Source: Syntrophales bacterium
Lineage (GTDB): Bacteria; Desulfobacterota; Syntrophia; Syntrophales; UBA2210
Length of the DNA stretch: 64,000 bases
NCBI GenBank assembly: GCA_963666365.2
Contig: CAXXNF010000001.1
Coordinates: forward strand, 1,248,001-1,312,000
Direction: 5' to 3'
The translations under genes were made by a program, and so were the position numbers. The notes under the pieces were generated by a model. It was not told where the DNA came from and did not search any database. It was given only the letters and a program-made list of their open reading frames with translations. This document shows, in pieces, positions 30,892-41,201 of this stretch (its first letter is position 1; each line of letters starts with the position of its first letter).

Positions 30892-30924
30892 TACGAAGGG
30901 ATCTTATTATTGAAAGTACCTGAT

Positions 30925-31018
30925 GTCATTGCAAGTGACCGAAGGAAGCGCGGCAATCTCATCCGTGCACTGCACTCATGTTATGAGATTGCTTCGCCGC
31001 TTCGCGTCTCGCAAAGAC
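30925..31018. repeat. Palindromic intergenic repeat (GTCATTGC...GCAATCTC / GAGATTGCTTCG...CTCGCAAAGAC type)
   Basis: Nested inverted arms visible in the sequence. Confidence 0.7.
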
Positions 31019-31130
31019 AAGAGGGGAGGGTCTTTCGTCGCTGCGCTTCTCCAATGACCCATATGTGTTATGCCCATAAAGATTCTCAGGATAGAGGACC
31101 GATGTGCGCTTTGTGAGTAAGCCCTTCATT

Positions 31131-31205
31131 TTCTCCTGAAGAGACGCCATTGAGGCAGAGAAAAATATTTTTTTCTCTTTTCCTCAGCGCCTCTGCGTAA
31201 AGAAA
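31131..31205. repeat. Dispersed repeat, copy 1
   Basis: TTCTCC..AGAGACGCC..GAGGCAGAGAAAAA..CCTCAGCG shared with 42853-42935. Confidence 0.6.
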
Positions 31206-31445
31206 TATGATGGTATGATGTGTGCTGTAAATTTATAAGGAGCATGATGACCGCCGTCTACAGGCGCGTATCATGCTGTTATAAAAGAGATTAATAGAAC
31301 GCTGAACGGCGAGGATGGAAAGAAATGTCGAATATTTTCTGTCTACTGTTCCGATATCTTCATTATTTCAATGATGTACCGCGTATTCGCAATTTGAGAC
31401 AGTCGACAAATTCGTCGAATAGAGGACGGAATTCAGGCTCGTGAG

Positions 31446-31850
31446 ATGCACAGTCAGCACATACTGATCGTTGAGGATTGGGAATCACAGCTTTTTTTAC
31501 TCAAGGGATTTCTTATTCGAGAGGGATTCCTGGTTGGCGAGGCGGAAAACGGTCTACAGGCCATCCAATGCGTGAGTAAAACGCATTTTGATACCATACT
31601 TCTCGATTACAAGATGCCGGGCATGGACGGCCTGGCAGTGCTGAGAGCGATCAGAAAAATCGACCCCTCACTCGACGTTGTGATTATTTCCGCATATGGA
31701 ACGATCGAGCGCGCCGTTGAGGCGATGGAAACAGGCGCCTATTCCTACATGACAAAGCCCGTTGATCTGGACACACTGCTCACGCTTCTGGACCAGCTGT
31801 CGAAACGTCGCGTGCGGCGTACACAGGCGCGTAACCCGAAGGCGCCGTAA
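31446..31850 (+). CDS. Stand-alone response regulator receiver domain
   Basis: ILIVED, LLDYKMPGMDG, ISAYG, KP; no output domain. Confidence 0.88.
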   Translation: MHSQHILIVEDWESQLFLLKGFLIREGFLVGEAENGLQAIQCVSKTHFDTILLDYKMPGMDGLAVLRAIRKIDPSLDVVIISAYGTIERAVEAMETGAYSYMTKPVDLDTLLTLLDQLSKRRVRRTQARNPKAP

Positions 31851-32021
31851 AATTTCGCGGAGATTGACGGTTCAATATCTGAAGGGTTTTGTGGTAACTA
31901 CTCTGTTTTTCAACTCCTTGACATTGAGGCATTTATTGTCGTAAGTTCGAATCTCAAGGGCACTGCTTGTATCACATCAACGGCCCTGTGGTCTGATCGG
32001 GGGAAGAACAAGGGAGAAAAC

Positions 32022-32435
32022 ATGAAGACAATCATCGGGATTGCAGGTAGAGTGTGTATCGTCCTTATCGTGGGATTCATAGCGGCCTATCCCGCAATTC
32101 TCAATGGAGGAGGCTCCATTCACCACACTGTCTCGGTTTTGAATGCCACTGACAACACCATTCTGGTGGTGGTGGAGCGGGGGGCCTTGCCGTCGCCCGT
32201 CAGCGGAGACCTCGGGCCGCATGGGGAAATTGTGCTCGATTGCGGCAGCCTGTGCCCCACGAAATTATACGGCGTAATAGCAAGTACCGGAGAGACGGTT
32301 GAGCCTGTGTGCGTCAACTTCGGGAACTCGCCTGGCCCGGCGGGAGTGTGCGGCGCCGCCTGCTGGTCATCAAAATGGATGGTCGTGACGCAGCAGAGTG
32401 GTAGTTATCACTACGGCTTTCGGCCCCGTTCGTGA
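32022..32435 (+). CDS. Small Cys-containing exported hypothetical protein
   Basis: AGGGAG RBS, N-terminal hydrophobic segment, five Cys in the mature part. Confidence 0.65.
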   Translation: MKTIIGIAGRVCIVLIVGFIAAYPAILNGGGSIHHTVSVLNATDNTILVVVERGALPSPVSGDLGPHGEIVLDCGSLCPTKLYGVIASTGETVEPVCVNFGNSPGPAGVCGAACWSSKWMVVTQQSGSYHYGFRPRS

Positions 32436-32491
32436 CGGGAAACTGCCTTTGGCCGAGACAGGCGTCAGGAATTGCAAAGGGAATAAATGCT

Positions 32492-32686
32492 ATGTTCGGA
32501 CTTTTGAACAAGAAAAAAATCGAACGGCCCGATCCGTGCCGGGACGACCGGTGGGAGGACCTGCTTGACGAACCTCTCGGCGGCGGATGAAGCGCCTCTT
32601 TTGACGGGAGGTCGGTCGATTTCTCATTTCAGTTCTTCCGGAACATCAAGCTTCTTATTCAAAAATTGAGGAAGAGGGGGCGCTGA
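32492..32686 (+). CDS. Small hypothetical protein, candidate selenoprotein (GGG-U33-S)
   Basis: MFGLLNKKKIERPDPCRDDRWEDLLDEPLGGG-TGA-SASFDGRSVDFSFQFFRNIKLLIQKLRKRGR; hairpin GGGAGGTC-GGTC-GATTTCTC 15 nt after the TGA; ends 4 nt before the convergent gene. Confidence 0.5.
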
Positions 32687-32690
32687 ATCC

Positions 32691-33779
32691 TCATCTTTTT
32701 TTCAGTACCACCTCAAGTCTGTTCGTTCCGTTTACTCGTCGGAATGCGATAGCCTGCGCTTTTCTTTCGATAAGCATCCGACCGATATCGTCATCCCCGG
32801 CGCTCTCCAGGATCTGTCTTTCTTCACCGGCGAACTCGAAGCTGATTTCTACGGTGTCCTGTTTTTCGGAGTAGGCGACCTGCAGATGCGCGTCGATGGT
32901 GTCCACCTGCGATTGATAGAGCACCAGCAGTTCTTCGACAATTAAGACAATGTCATGAGCCGTTTTTTTCGACAGCGCATGCTTCTCGCAGAATTGCTCG
33001 ATTTCGGCATTCATTGTGTAGAGATCGTAGTGAAGACCGAAAATGTGATAGTTGAAACTGCGCACTCGATGGATAAATGCCCTGGTTTTTTCCCTTTTCG
33101 GATGTTCAAAAATCTGCTCCGGTGGACCGTCTTCGTAAATGAATCCCTCATCCATGTACAACACCCTGGTGGCGACGTCGCGGGCAAAGGCCATTTCATG
33201 GGTGACGATCACCATGGTCATTCCCTCCCGGGCGAGACGCCGAATGACGGCAAGCACTTCGCTTGTCATTGTCGGGTCAAGGGCGGAGGTCGGCTCATCA
33301 ACGAGCATAATTTCGGGGTCCATTGAAAGGCATCGGGCAATGGCCACTCGTTGTTTCTGGCCGCCCGACAATTCGTCGGCATAATTCTCCGCCTTTTCTG
33401 CAAGTCCCACCATTGCAAGCAGCTCCATCGCGTGCGCTTCTGCTTCGCGGCGCCCTTTCCCCAGCAGTTTTACCTGTCCGATAGTCAAATTTTCCATAAC
33501 GGTAAGGTGGTTGAAAAGATTGAATGATTGGAAGACCATCCCCATTTTCCGGCGCATCTTCGGCACGTCAGTATTTTTATCGAGCATATCAATGTCGTCG
33601 ATCCATATTTTTCCCTCCGTGGGCATCTCAAGCAGATTAAGACAGCGTAAAAAGGTGCTTTTTCCCGTGCCGGAGGGACCGATGACGGCAATGATTTCTC
33701 CTTTGCGTATTTCGACGGTCACGTCCTGCAATACCGTAAGGGCGCCGAATCTTTTTTTCAGATGTTCCACCCGTATCAT
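32691..33779 (-). CDS. Polar amino-acid ABC transporter ATP-binding protein with C-terminal extension
   Basis: [30 protein letters not shown]. Confidence 0.93.
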   Translation of the reverse strand: MIRVEHLKKRFGALTVLQDVTVEIRKGEIIAVIGPSGTGKSTFLRCLNLLEMPTEGKIWIDDIDMLDKNTDVPKMRRKMGMVFQSFNLFNHLTVMENLTIGQVKLLGKGRREAEAHAMELLAMVGLAEKAENYADELSGGQKQRVAIARCLSMDPEIMLVDEPTSALDPTMTSEVLAVIRRLAREGMTMVIVTHEMAFARDVATRVLYMDEGFIYEDGPPEQIFEHPKREKTRAFIHRVRSFNYHIFGLHYDLYTMNAEIEQFCEKHALSKKTAHDIVLIVEELLVLYQSQVDTIDAHLQVAYSEKQDTVEISFEFAGEERQILESAGDDDIGRMLIERKAQAIAFRRVNGTNRLEVVLKKR

Positions 33780-33780
33780 G

Positions 33781-34575
33781 TCACTGCACCCGACCGGTTT
33801 CAAGTTTCGGATTTGTTTTCCGCTCGATGTACTCCAGCAGCAGCATGAGCAGCCATGCGATGAGAAAGTACAGCACCGCGACCATCACGAGGGGGAAGAA
33901 GGCATCGAAGGTGCGGCTTCGTATGATGTCGCTTGCCTTGGTAAGATCCTGGACGGCGACATAGCCGACCACGGAGGTCATTTTCACCAGTGAGATCATC
34001 TCCCCCTTATAGACGGGCACTATGCGCCGCACCGCCTGGGGAAGCACGATATACACAAACGTTTCTATCCTGGAAAACCCCATGGCGATGCCCGCTTCCG
34101 TCTGCCCCTTGTCGACACTCTCGATGCCGGCCCGGAACATTTCGGATACATAGGCCGCAAAATTCAGACCGAAGGCAATGACGGCGACAAACAAGGGATC
34201 GATGTCTATTGATGCAAAGACGACATAAAATATGATCATCAGCAACACGAGCACGGGGGTGCCGCGCAATATCGAAATATATATCCGTGCGGGGACGTGC
34301 ATAATTTTTTTTCGTGACATCCGCAAAAAACAGATTCCCCCACCCAGCACAGTACCCAGGAGGATGGCAAGCACCGAGAGTAGTACCGTGGTCCTTAACC
34401 CGTCGATTATAAGCAAATAGCGATTTTCCTTGATAATATTGTTGTGAAAACTTTCGACGACGGCGCGGAGGACCGAGGCGGTCCCGGCGTCGGCCGATGG
34501 CGCGGCATCGCCGCACCCCGCGGCACAGAAGAGTGCGACGAGCACCAACAGTATGACGATACCGAAATGTTTCAT
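33781..34575 (-). CDS. Polar amino-acid ABC transporter permease
   Basis: [31 protein letters not shown]. Confidence 0.93.
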   Translation of the reverse strand: MKHFGIVILLVLVALFCAAGCGDAAPSADAGTASVLRAVVESFHNNIIKENRYLLIIDGLRTTVLLSVLAILLGTVLGGGICFLRMSRKKIMHVPARIYISILRGTPVLVLLMIIFYVVFASIDIDPLFVAVIAFGLNFAAYVSEMFRAGIESVDKGQTEAGIAMGFSRIETFVYIVLPQAVRRIVPVYKGEMISLVKMTSVVGYVAVQDLTKASDIIRSRTFDAFFPLVMVAVLYFLIAWLLMLLLEYIERKTNPKLETGRVQ

Positions 34576-34585
34576 TGCTTCCGGG

Positions 34586-35368
34586 TTATTCTTTCACAAG
34601 GGCCGCGATGCCGCCGGTATAATAGGGCTTGGAGAACAGTACCTTTTTGGCGCGCTCTTCGCTGATGGTGATGCAGGCGCCGATCATATCCACTTTACGC
34701 GCGATCAGCGCCGGAATCATGGCGCCGAAATCCATGTTGACCACTTTCAATTTTTTGTTGAGCTTCCTGGCAACAAGGGCGGCGATTTCAATGTCGAGAC
34801 CGACGATTTTCTGCGATCCGTCAACAAAAGAGAAGGGTTCCGTAATCGCCGACGTGCCGAATCGCAACAGGCCCTCCGTCCCGGGTTCTATGTGTGGCAT
34901 CGGTCGAGGGGCGCCTTCATCGGGCAGCCAGCGCTTCAGCATGAGATCGTAGGCGCCGCTGGCCTTCATATCGTCCACCACCCTGTCGATTACTCGCTTT
35001 AATTCTTTATCTTCCCTGCGCACGGCAAAACCGTAATTGTCGACGGTAATCATTTGTGGAAGCACGACCAGGCCGGGATTTTTGGCGGCAATATTCTTGA
35101 GGAGCGGTTCATCGTAGGCGGCGGCGTCCGCCTTTCCCCCCTTCACCGCCATACAGGCGTCAAGAACGCTGTTGAAATACTTGAAGGTGGCGTCCGGAAA
35201 GGTAGACAACACCAGCTGATCGGCAATGGTGCCTGTCGGTACGGCAAATTCCTTGCCTTTCAGTTGTTCAAATTTCGTGATTTTTTCCCTTTCGCCGCAG
35301 CCGCCGATCGATAAGAAAATAAGTGCCAGTACTCCGACACATACTAATGTCGCCTTGCTGTAGGTCAT
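34586..35368 (-). CDS. Polar amino-acid ABC substrate-binding lipoprotein
   Basis: Lipobox-like IGGC, EPFSF, GLDIEIA, ITISEERAKKVLFSKPYY. Confidence 0.9.
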   Translation of the reverse strand: MTYSKATLVCVGVLALIFLSIGGCGEREKITKFEQLKGKEFAVPTGTIADQLVLSTFPDATFKYFNSVLDACMAVKGGKADAAAYDEPLLKNIAAKNPGLVVLPQMITVDNYGFAVRREDKELKRVIDRVVDDMKASGAYDLMLKRWLPDEGAPRPMPHIEPGTEGLLRFGTSAITEPFSFVDGSQKIVGLDIEIAALVARKLNKKLKVVNMDFGAMIPALIARKVDMIGACITISEERAKKVLFSKPYYTGGIAALVKE

Positions 35369-35672
35369 TGTTGCTCTCCACTGGTGTAAACTATATTGGC
35401 ACGAACCGGCGTCATCAAGGAACTATCACATGCGTGAGCACCAATTCGGCAGGAGTGTCATGGGAGAGTCGAAACAATCAATGCAACGATATTATTTACC
35501 TATTTGCTCTCCCCATGGGAGACTCTATACACTCCCGGGAGATGAGGCGCAATATATTTTTCCATTTTCCTTTGCCCTTTAAACATGAATGACGGTATCG
35601 ATGATTTGACAACGGGCGCCCCCTTCTGCTATTTTTTGTACAGAAGCCGGTGGGGGTAACGGGGAATACATA

Positions 35673-37268
35673 ATGTGCAAGCCGCGATATACACGCCGCC
35701 TCGACAGAGAGCGGAGAGATCCCCGCAGGTTGGGATCTGTGCTCATCGTCACCGTGACGGTGCTTGCTTTTTTTACGCTCACCTCGTGCAATAATTCCGA
35801 CTGCGTCCAGTGGGGACCCTGCGGGGACTATTTATTTCTCGAAAAATCGGCCGAATGCCGGACCTACGCGGTACCCCTCGATTACAACACACCGGGTGAA
35901 GCCTCCATCTACATCAATACCTTCAGATACCCGGGAACCAGTGAACCGATCAAGGGACAGATCTGGTTTCTCGAGGGAGGACCGGGGGGATCGGGGCGCC
36001 TGCTGTCGCGGGCGATGGTGCGAGTAGCCGAGTACTATCCTGATTTTGATCTCTATTCGATGGATCACCGGGGCGTCGGATTCTCGACGCGTTTCGGCTG
36101 CGCCTGCGACAACGATATCGGCAATGACTGGGAACTGTATAGAGAGTGTTACAAAAACCTTGACAACGACTGGGGAGCACAGATCAGGTTGTTTTCCACC
36201 ACCAATGCGGCCAGGGATTTGCATGAAGTGATTGCCCGTTCCCGAGAGAAGGGAAAAAAGGTCTTTATCTGGGCCACCTCCTACGGCACCTACTGGCTCC
36301 TGCGATATCTTCAACTCTATCCCCACGAAGTGGACGGGGTGATTCTCGACTCCATCTGTACCCCCGGAGACTGCTATCTCGATCGTTACGATCAGTGGAA
36401 TGACATGGTTGGCGCACAATTCCTTCAATTATGCGAAGCCGATCCTCTATGCAACGCAAAGATGCAGACCATCGCCGAGACGCCGCAGAAGGCACTGCAG
36501 GAGGTGTTCCGCGAGATCGATGAAGGCTCGTTGCCCTGCGAATGCACTGGCCTGTTCACCAGGGAAGAACTCCGTCACACCCTGGCGCCGCTGCTGAACA
36601 ACTGGTCCACCAGGATTCTGATACCGCCGCTGATCTACCGGCTTCACCGATGCAACGCAGAAGATCGAAAGGTCCTGGACTTTTTCCTGCAGGGCCTGCA
36701 CGTCGAGGGACCGGACAAAACCTACTTGAATTCGCCCATGCTCTGCGATCTGATCTCTCTGTCCGAACTATTCAGCGGCAGCACCTCCGAAGAACTGAAC
36801 GCCTTTCTGCAAAGTGCCTGTTTCGCCGAAGATGTCTCGCTGCGATTTGCCGAACTGTACGAAAGGGGGCTTTGGGACCTTTACCAGGACGACGAGTACG
36901 CGCAGAAACTACCCGAAACCGACATTCCCATGCTCATGCTCAACGGCACTACCGATCCCCAGACCCCTCTCGAAATCGCCGGGAAAATGAAGCTCCATTT
37001 CACCGGCGACTATCAGCATTTCGTCACCATCCCCTATGCAACCCACGGCGTGCTGGTCAATTCACCCATCACCCCGCCCAACTGGGCCTTCGGCGGCACC
37101 GATCAGACCTGCGGCTCGTTGCTGCTCGGCCAGTTCATCAACAATCCGAAGGGTCCTCTTGACACATCCTGCACCGGCATGGTGTATCCGGTGGACTTTG
37201 ATCCCGCCACTGCGAACAACAGGTTGATAAGCAAAGATACCTTCGGCGCCGACGACATGTGGGAGTAA
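35673..37268 (+). CDS. Exported alpha/beta hydrolase (TAP-like peptidase), probable lipoprotein
   Basis: LTSC lipobox, EGGPGGSG, DHRGVG, TSYGT, NGTTDPQTP, HG. Confidence 0.85.
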   Translation: MCKPRYTRRLDRERRDPRRLGSVLIVTVTVLAFFTLTSCNNSDCVQWGPCGDYLFLEKSAECRTYAVPLDYNTPGEASIYINTFRYPGTSEPIKGQIWFLEGGPGGSGRLLSRAMVRVAEYYPDFDLYSMDHRGVGFSTRFGCACDNDIGNDWELYRECYKNLDNDWGAQIRLFSTTNAARDLHEVIARSREKGKKVFIWATSYGTYWLLRYLQLYPHEVDGVILDSICTPGDCYLDRYDQWNDMVGAQFLQLCEADPLCNAKMQTIAETPQKALQEVFREIDEGSLPCECTGLFTREELRHTLAPLLNNWSTRILIPPLIYRLHRCNAEDRKVLDFFLQGLHVEGPDKTYLNSPMLCDLISLSELFSGSTSEELNAFLQSACFAEDVSLRFAELYERGLWDLYQDDEYAQKLPETDIPMLMLNGTTDPQTPLEIAGKMKLHFTGDYQHFVTIPYATHGVLVNSPITPPNWAFGGTDQTCGSLLLGQFINNPKGPLDTSCTGMVYPVDFDPATANNRLISKDTFGADDMWE

Positions 37269-37275
37269 GAAACTA

Positions 37276-38514
37276 TTGAGAACCCCTAAGCGGAAAACGA
37301 TTCTTATTTTGACAGTGTGTCTCTTTATCGCCTTTATTTGCCTTCTTGGGTGTGAGGGTGGAGGCGGGAACGGCGTTCTTTCTCAGAAAAAGTGGACGGT
37401 AATGCTGTATCTGGATGGAGATAATAATGAAATGCAGACTGATTTTCTCAAGGCCTTTCAGGAGATGATTCAGGACGGTATCGGGAGCAGCGACAAAGTG
37501 AATATTGTGGCTCAGTTCGACAGATACCCCGGGAACAGTGCCTACGGAGGCTGGGAAATCACCCACAGGTTTTTCATAAAGGCGGGGATGGAACCGACCG
37601 AAGAGAACGCAATCGACGACTGGGGTGACGGAACGGGAGGAAGGGAAGTAAATATGTCTGATCCTGGCGCCTTGCGGGATTTTATTACCTGGGCTGTGAG
37701 CACCTATCCCGCTTAGCATTATGCACTTTTTCCTGCCGATCACGGGTTTGGCTGGCAGGGCATATTGATTGACGACACGAATTATCGACGCACCATGTCG
37801 GTACAGCAATTCCGAAAGGCGCTCATAGATTCACAGGTTTCTTTAGACCTTCTTGGCCTTGATGCCTGTACGATGCAGATGATCGAGGTTGCATATGAAA
37901 TGAATGATGTGGCCATCGATGTGATAATTGGATCCAAGAACACGGGAACCACATGGCCGTTTGCGGAAATTCTCGATGCTGTTATCGTCACCCCTCAAAT
38001 ATCGGCAGAAGATTTCGGAAAAATCATTGTTGACAAATATAATGTCTATCATGAGGGAAAAACAGGGATCACCCTGTCTGAACTGAAGCTCGGGAATATC
38101 TCCATGGTGGTGGACGCCGTGGATGAACTTGCTGCAGGTATCCTGAACGAATCCCCTTTCTCAGAGATCCAGGAACAGGCGGCGTGCGTTATGGAACAGA
38201 TACAACGCACGGTCTTGTACGTAAAAAACAGTCCCGACTGGGAACGTGCAAGGGGCATCTCAGTGTATTTTCCCCCCGTTGGCGGAATTGGTGCTACGAT
38301 ACCTCCTGAACTGCAGTATTTTTATAAACGCGACGTCGTGAGCTTCTCTGAGGACGCTTCATGGCACGATCTCATCGCCTCATTATTGGGCACGCAAGAG
38401 CCGTCATCAACAGCGATAAAGATGATGAAGATACGGTCTTCTATGGCTACCTTTGATGATGACAAGATTGATCTGTATGATTTCTGTAAACGTATAGTAG
38501 AGTATGATTCGTAG
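37276..38514 (+). CDS. Clostripain-family (C11) cysteine peptidase with in-frame TAG at 37714-37716 (readthrough, pseudogene or sequence error)
   Basis: KWTVMLYLDGDN, EVNMSDP, YPA*HYAL, DHG, LDACTM in one continuous frame. Confidence 0.8.
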
Positions 38515-38643
38515 TTCCCGGTGAGGAAAGATGAGTATCGGGGGGCCTGACCGTTTTCCTGAAGAGCCTGTACACCGAGGAACCGGCCACAACCTGCGTG
38601 AATTCGCCCATGCGCTGCACTCCTGTTTCGCTGTCCGGGAACG

Positions 38644-39297
38644 CTAGAAAAAGAATTGCACGCCCACCTGGAACCCATGGATGTGGATGGATTTTCCATA
38701 AAGGGGCGCTCCCCCCGTTTGAAAATCCGGGCCCTCCATGCCCAGCAACCGGTAGCCCATCAGCAGACGAAGGGAGTCCGTCAGGGAATAGGTAACGCCG
38801 GCCGTGACATTATATGCAAAGAGCGTGCTTGTACCGTTTGTCGGTGGAAAAGCGGCCAGCGTAATATCGTCGGCCTCGAAACGGACGCCTCCCAGTCCCG
38901 CTCCCACATAGGGTCTCACTCCGACGCCGGTGGGGATGTCATAGTACAGATTGATCAGGGCGCCTGACCATTCATAGCGCCCCGTCACATCGCCGCCGCC
39001 CCCGGCAAAAGAGATATCATTGCCGTCGTTCCGGCCATAGAGGACTTCACCCTCGACGCGGAAGTCGCCGTATCGATACCCCAGCCCTCCGCTGATGCCC
39101 ATCCCCCATTCGGATTTGACTTCTGCCGGCGAGAGACCCGGCGAAGTGGTATCCACAGAAAAAGGACCGAGCACCGAAGGAGTGAATGAAATATACCATC
39201 CGCTTTGCGGGGCGTTGCCGTGCCCCTGGTCGGCCCACACCGCTCCCGCCGTCAACAAGAAACACACCACCGACGTGACAACCATAAAAATTCTCAT
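38644..39297 (-). CDS. Outer-membrane beta-barrel protein (Opa/OmpW-like)
   Basis: Signal peptide, FRVEGE, NLYYD, PYVGAGLG, terminal Phe. Confidence 0.85.
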   Translation of the reverse strand: MRIFMVVTSVVCFLLTAGAVWADQGHGNAPQSGWYISFTPSVLGPFSVDTTSPGLSPAEVKSEWGMGISGGLGYRYGDFRVEGEVLYGRNDGNDISFAGGGGDVTGRYEWSGALINLYYDIPTGVGVRPYVGAGLGGVRFEADDITLAAFPPTNGTSTLFAYNVTAGVTYSLTDSLRLLMGYRLLGMEGPDFQTGGAPLYGKSIHIHGFQVGVQFFF

Positions 39298-39434
39298 TAC
39301 TTTCTTTTCACCTCCCTGTGCCGCAGGTATCAGTCGCGCAAAATCGACCTCGCAGACACGTCATATGCCTTTAAAATATCAAAAAATCCACTCCCGCCAG
39401 GGGAACCGTGACGCTTTTCGGGTTCATCATCCAT

Positions 39435-40679
39435 TTATTCGTGCAGGTGCATGTGATGCACCTGAGGATTCCAGTGTTCTATTTCCGGTTTTATTTTTAA
39501 CAGCCCCGCTTCCTGACCTATCTCAAATATGAGGCAGAAAAAGAACAGACAAAGCATGAGAATCCCAAAAGCCTTTTTCGCGGCGCCGGCGTTCTTCATA
39601 ATAAAGATCAAACTCGGCAGTATGCCAAAAAGTATCACAATGCCTACGCCCCCCACCACATTGATGGCGGCGAGAAAGATTTCGGGCCAGATGAGGGTTA
39701 CCGCCAGAGGGGGTAAAAAGGTAAGGCCAATTTCGAGGGCCCCGTTTTTGACGCCCACATGATTCTCGAGCATATCCGCGATGAACCCCCGCAGCCCGAT
39801 CCCGTTTGCAAGGTAGGAACTTATAATTGCCAGCAGCGAAAAGGCCAGCGCCCATATCATGAAGAATTTTGATTTCACTATATGGAACAGGGGAACCGTT
39901 GCGGGAAGGCTCTTTGTAAAGGCCTGGAGCAGGCCGTCCTCTGAATTGTCCATAGGCAGCACCCCGATGCCGACCTGCACCCAGAGTGCGTTCATCACAA
40001 GACCGATTATCACTCCGATGAGCATCGACTTCCAGACAAGGCTGAAATTCCAGTCCAGGCTCCGGCAGATATTGGGAATAATATTATGAAAATGAAAGGC
40101 CGTGACGATGATGGGCGCCGCCACGGGCAGGAAATGCCAGTCGGAAAAACAGTAGTGTCGGCTGTCAACCTCGGGTTCTCCCATCACCACCATCATCAGA
40201 AAAAAAATAAACAGGCATATCATTATCAATGTGTTGTATTTGAGTATCAGGCTCACGTTCATAATGGTGATGCCCGTCACCACAACGAAAAGACCCAGGG
40301 TAATCAGCGGTGTATATGTGGCCGGCACATCAAAGAGATTTGCAAGAATAGTGGCGCCGCCTGTTAAATAGGCAACGAGCAGTCCGTATAATATCAGCAT
40401 GTTCGTAACGACGGCAATCCATTTTCCCCCGTTGCCCAGGTAGCGCTGATACAGACTCGGGTAATTGAAGGTTTCCTTCTTTGCCTCCACAGCCTCTCTG
40501 CCGAGAATCAGCGCGGAAAAGAACATGGCGCCGCCGAGCACGAGCATGCCCGCAAGCGAGGGCAGCAGACCGGCCAGCCCTGTATTGATAGGCAATGCCA
40601 GAATGCCCACGCCGATCAGGTTTCCCACAATCAACAGACTTATCGTAACAACAAGAAACGCCTGTGATGTTTTCTTCAT
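39435..40679 (-). CDS. Aromatic amino-acid permease (TyrP/Mtr family)
   Basis: GNLIGVGILALP, AFHFHNIIP, multiple TM helices. Confidence 0.88.
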   Translation of the reverse strand: MKKTSQAFLVVTISLLIVGNLIGVGILALPINTGLAGLLPSLAGMLVLGGAMFFSALILGREAVEAKKETFNYPSLYQRYLGNGGKWIAVVTNMLILYGLLVAYLTGGATILANLFDVPATYTPLITLGLFVVVTGITIMNVSLILKYNTLIMICLFIFFLMMVVMGEPEVDSRHYCFSDWHFLPVAAPIIVTAFHFHNIIPNICRSLDWNFSLVWKSMLIGVIIGLVMNALWVQVGIGVLPMDNSEDGLLQAFTKSLPATVPLFHIVKSKFFMIWALAFSLLAIISSYLANGIGLRGFIADMLENHVGVKNGALEIGLTFLPPLAVTLIWPEIFLAAINVVGGVGIVILFGILPSLIFIMKNAGAAKKAFGILMLCLFFFCLIFEIGQEAGLLKIKPEIEHWNPQVHHMHLHE

Positions 40680-40820
40680 AGCATCGGCCCTGGTCCTCCC
40701 CCATGCAGGGTGCTGACGTTCCGCGAGTCACTCACACTTTTCTGTCAAATAAATTTAAATGTGTATCGACCTCCATGTTCACCCATGATTTCGCACAAAG
40801 TAACATACTCATACTATATG

Positions 40821-41120
40821 TCAATTGTGAAACTCCGAGAGCACTTCTTTCAGAAGTTCATCGAGATACTTGATATTTTCCATGACGTCTTCCGGAGCCC
40901 TGCCCTGCATGCAGATTTTTATGATTAAAACAAATGAAGGCATCCTTCGTAAATTGCGCACCACCTCCCAACTCATCGCTTCATCAATGTGAAATATGAC
41001 ACGATCCCAGCCTTTAAAGCCTGCCGACGCAACCACAGAGTCTCGCAATATACTCCATGCACCTTGAAGATCGGAAAGGATCGTTTTGTCGTATCCTCGC
41101 GGTCTTTGTAAAAACGGCAT
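40821..41120 (-). CDS. Hypothetical protein
   Basis: 99-aa ORF with GAGGTG RBS, co-oriented with neighbours. Confidence 0.65.
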   Translation of the reverse strand: MPFLQRPRGYDKTILSDLQGAWSILRDSVVASAGFKGWDRVIFHIDEAMSWEVVRNLRRMPSFVLIIKICMQGRAPEDVMENIKYLDELLKEVLSEFHN

Positions 41121-41201
41121 ATTTTCACCTCACCTCTATCATGCCGCGCAACGGGCAGGCCACACAGGGCGCCGGTACAGTGGAACGTTCTTTCGATTCT
41201 C

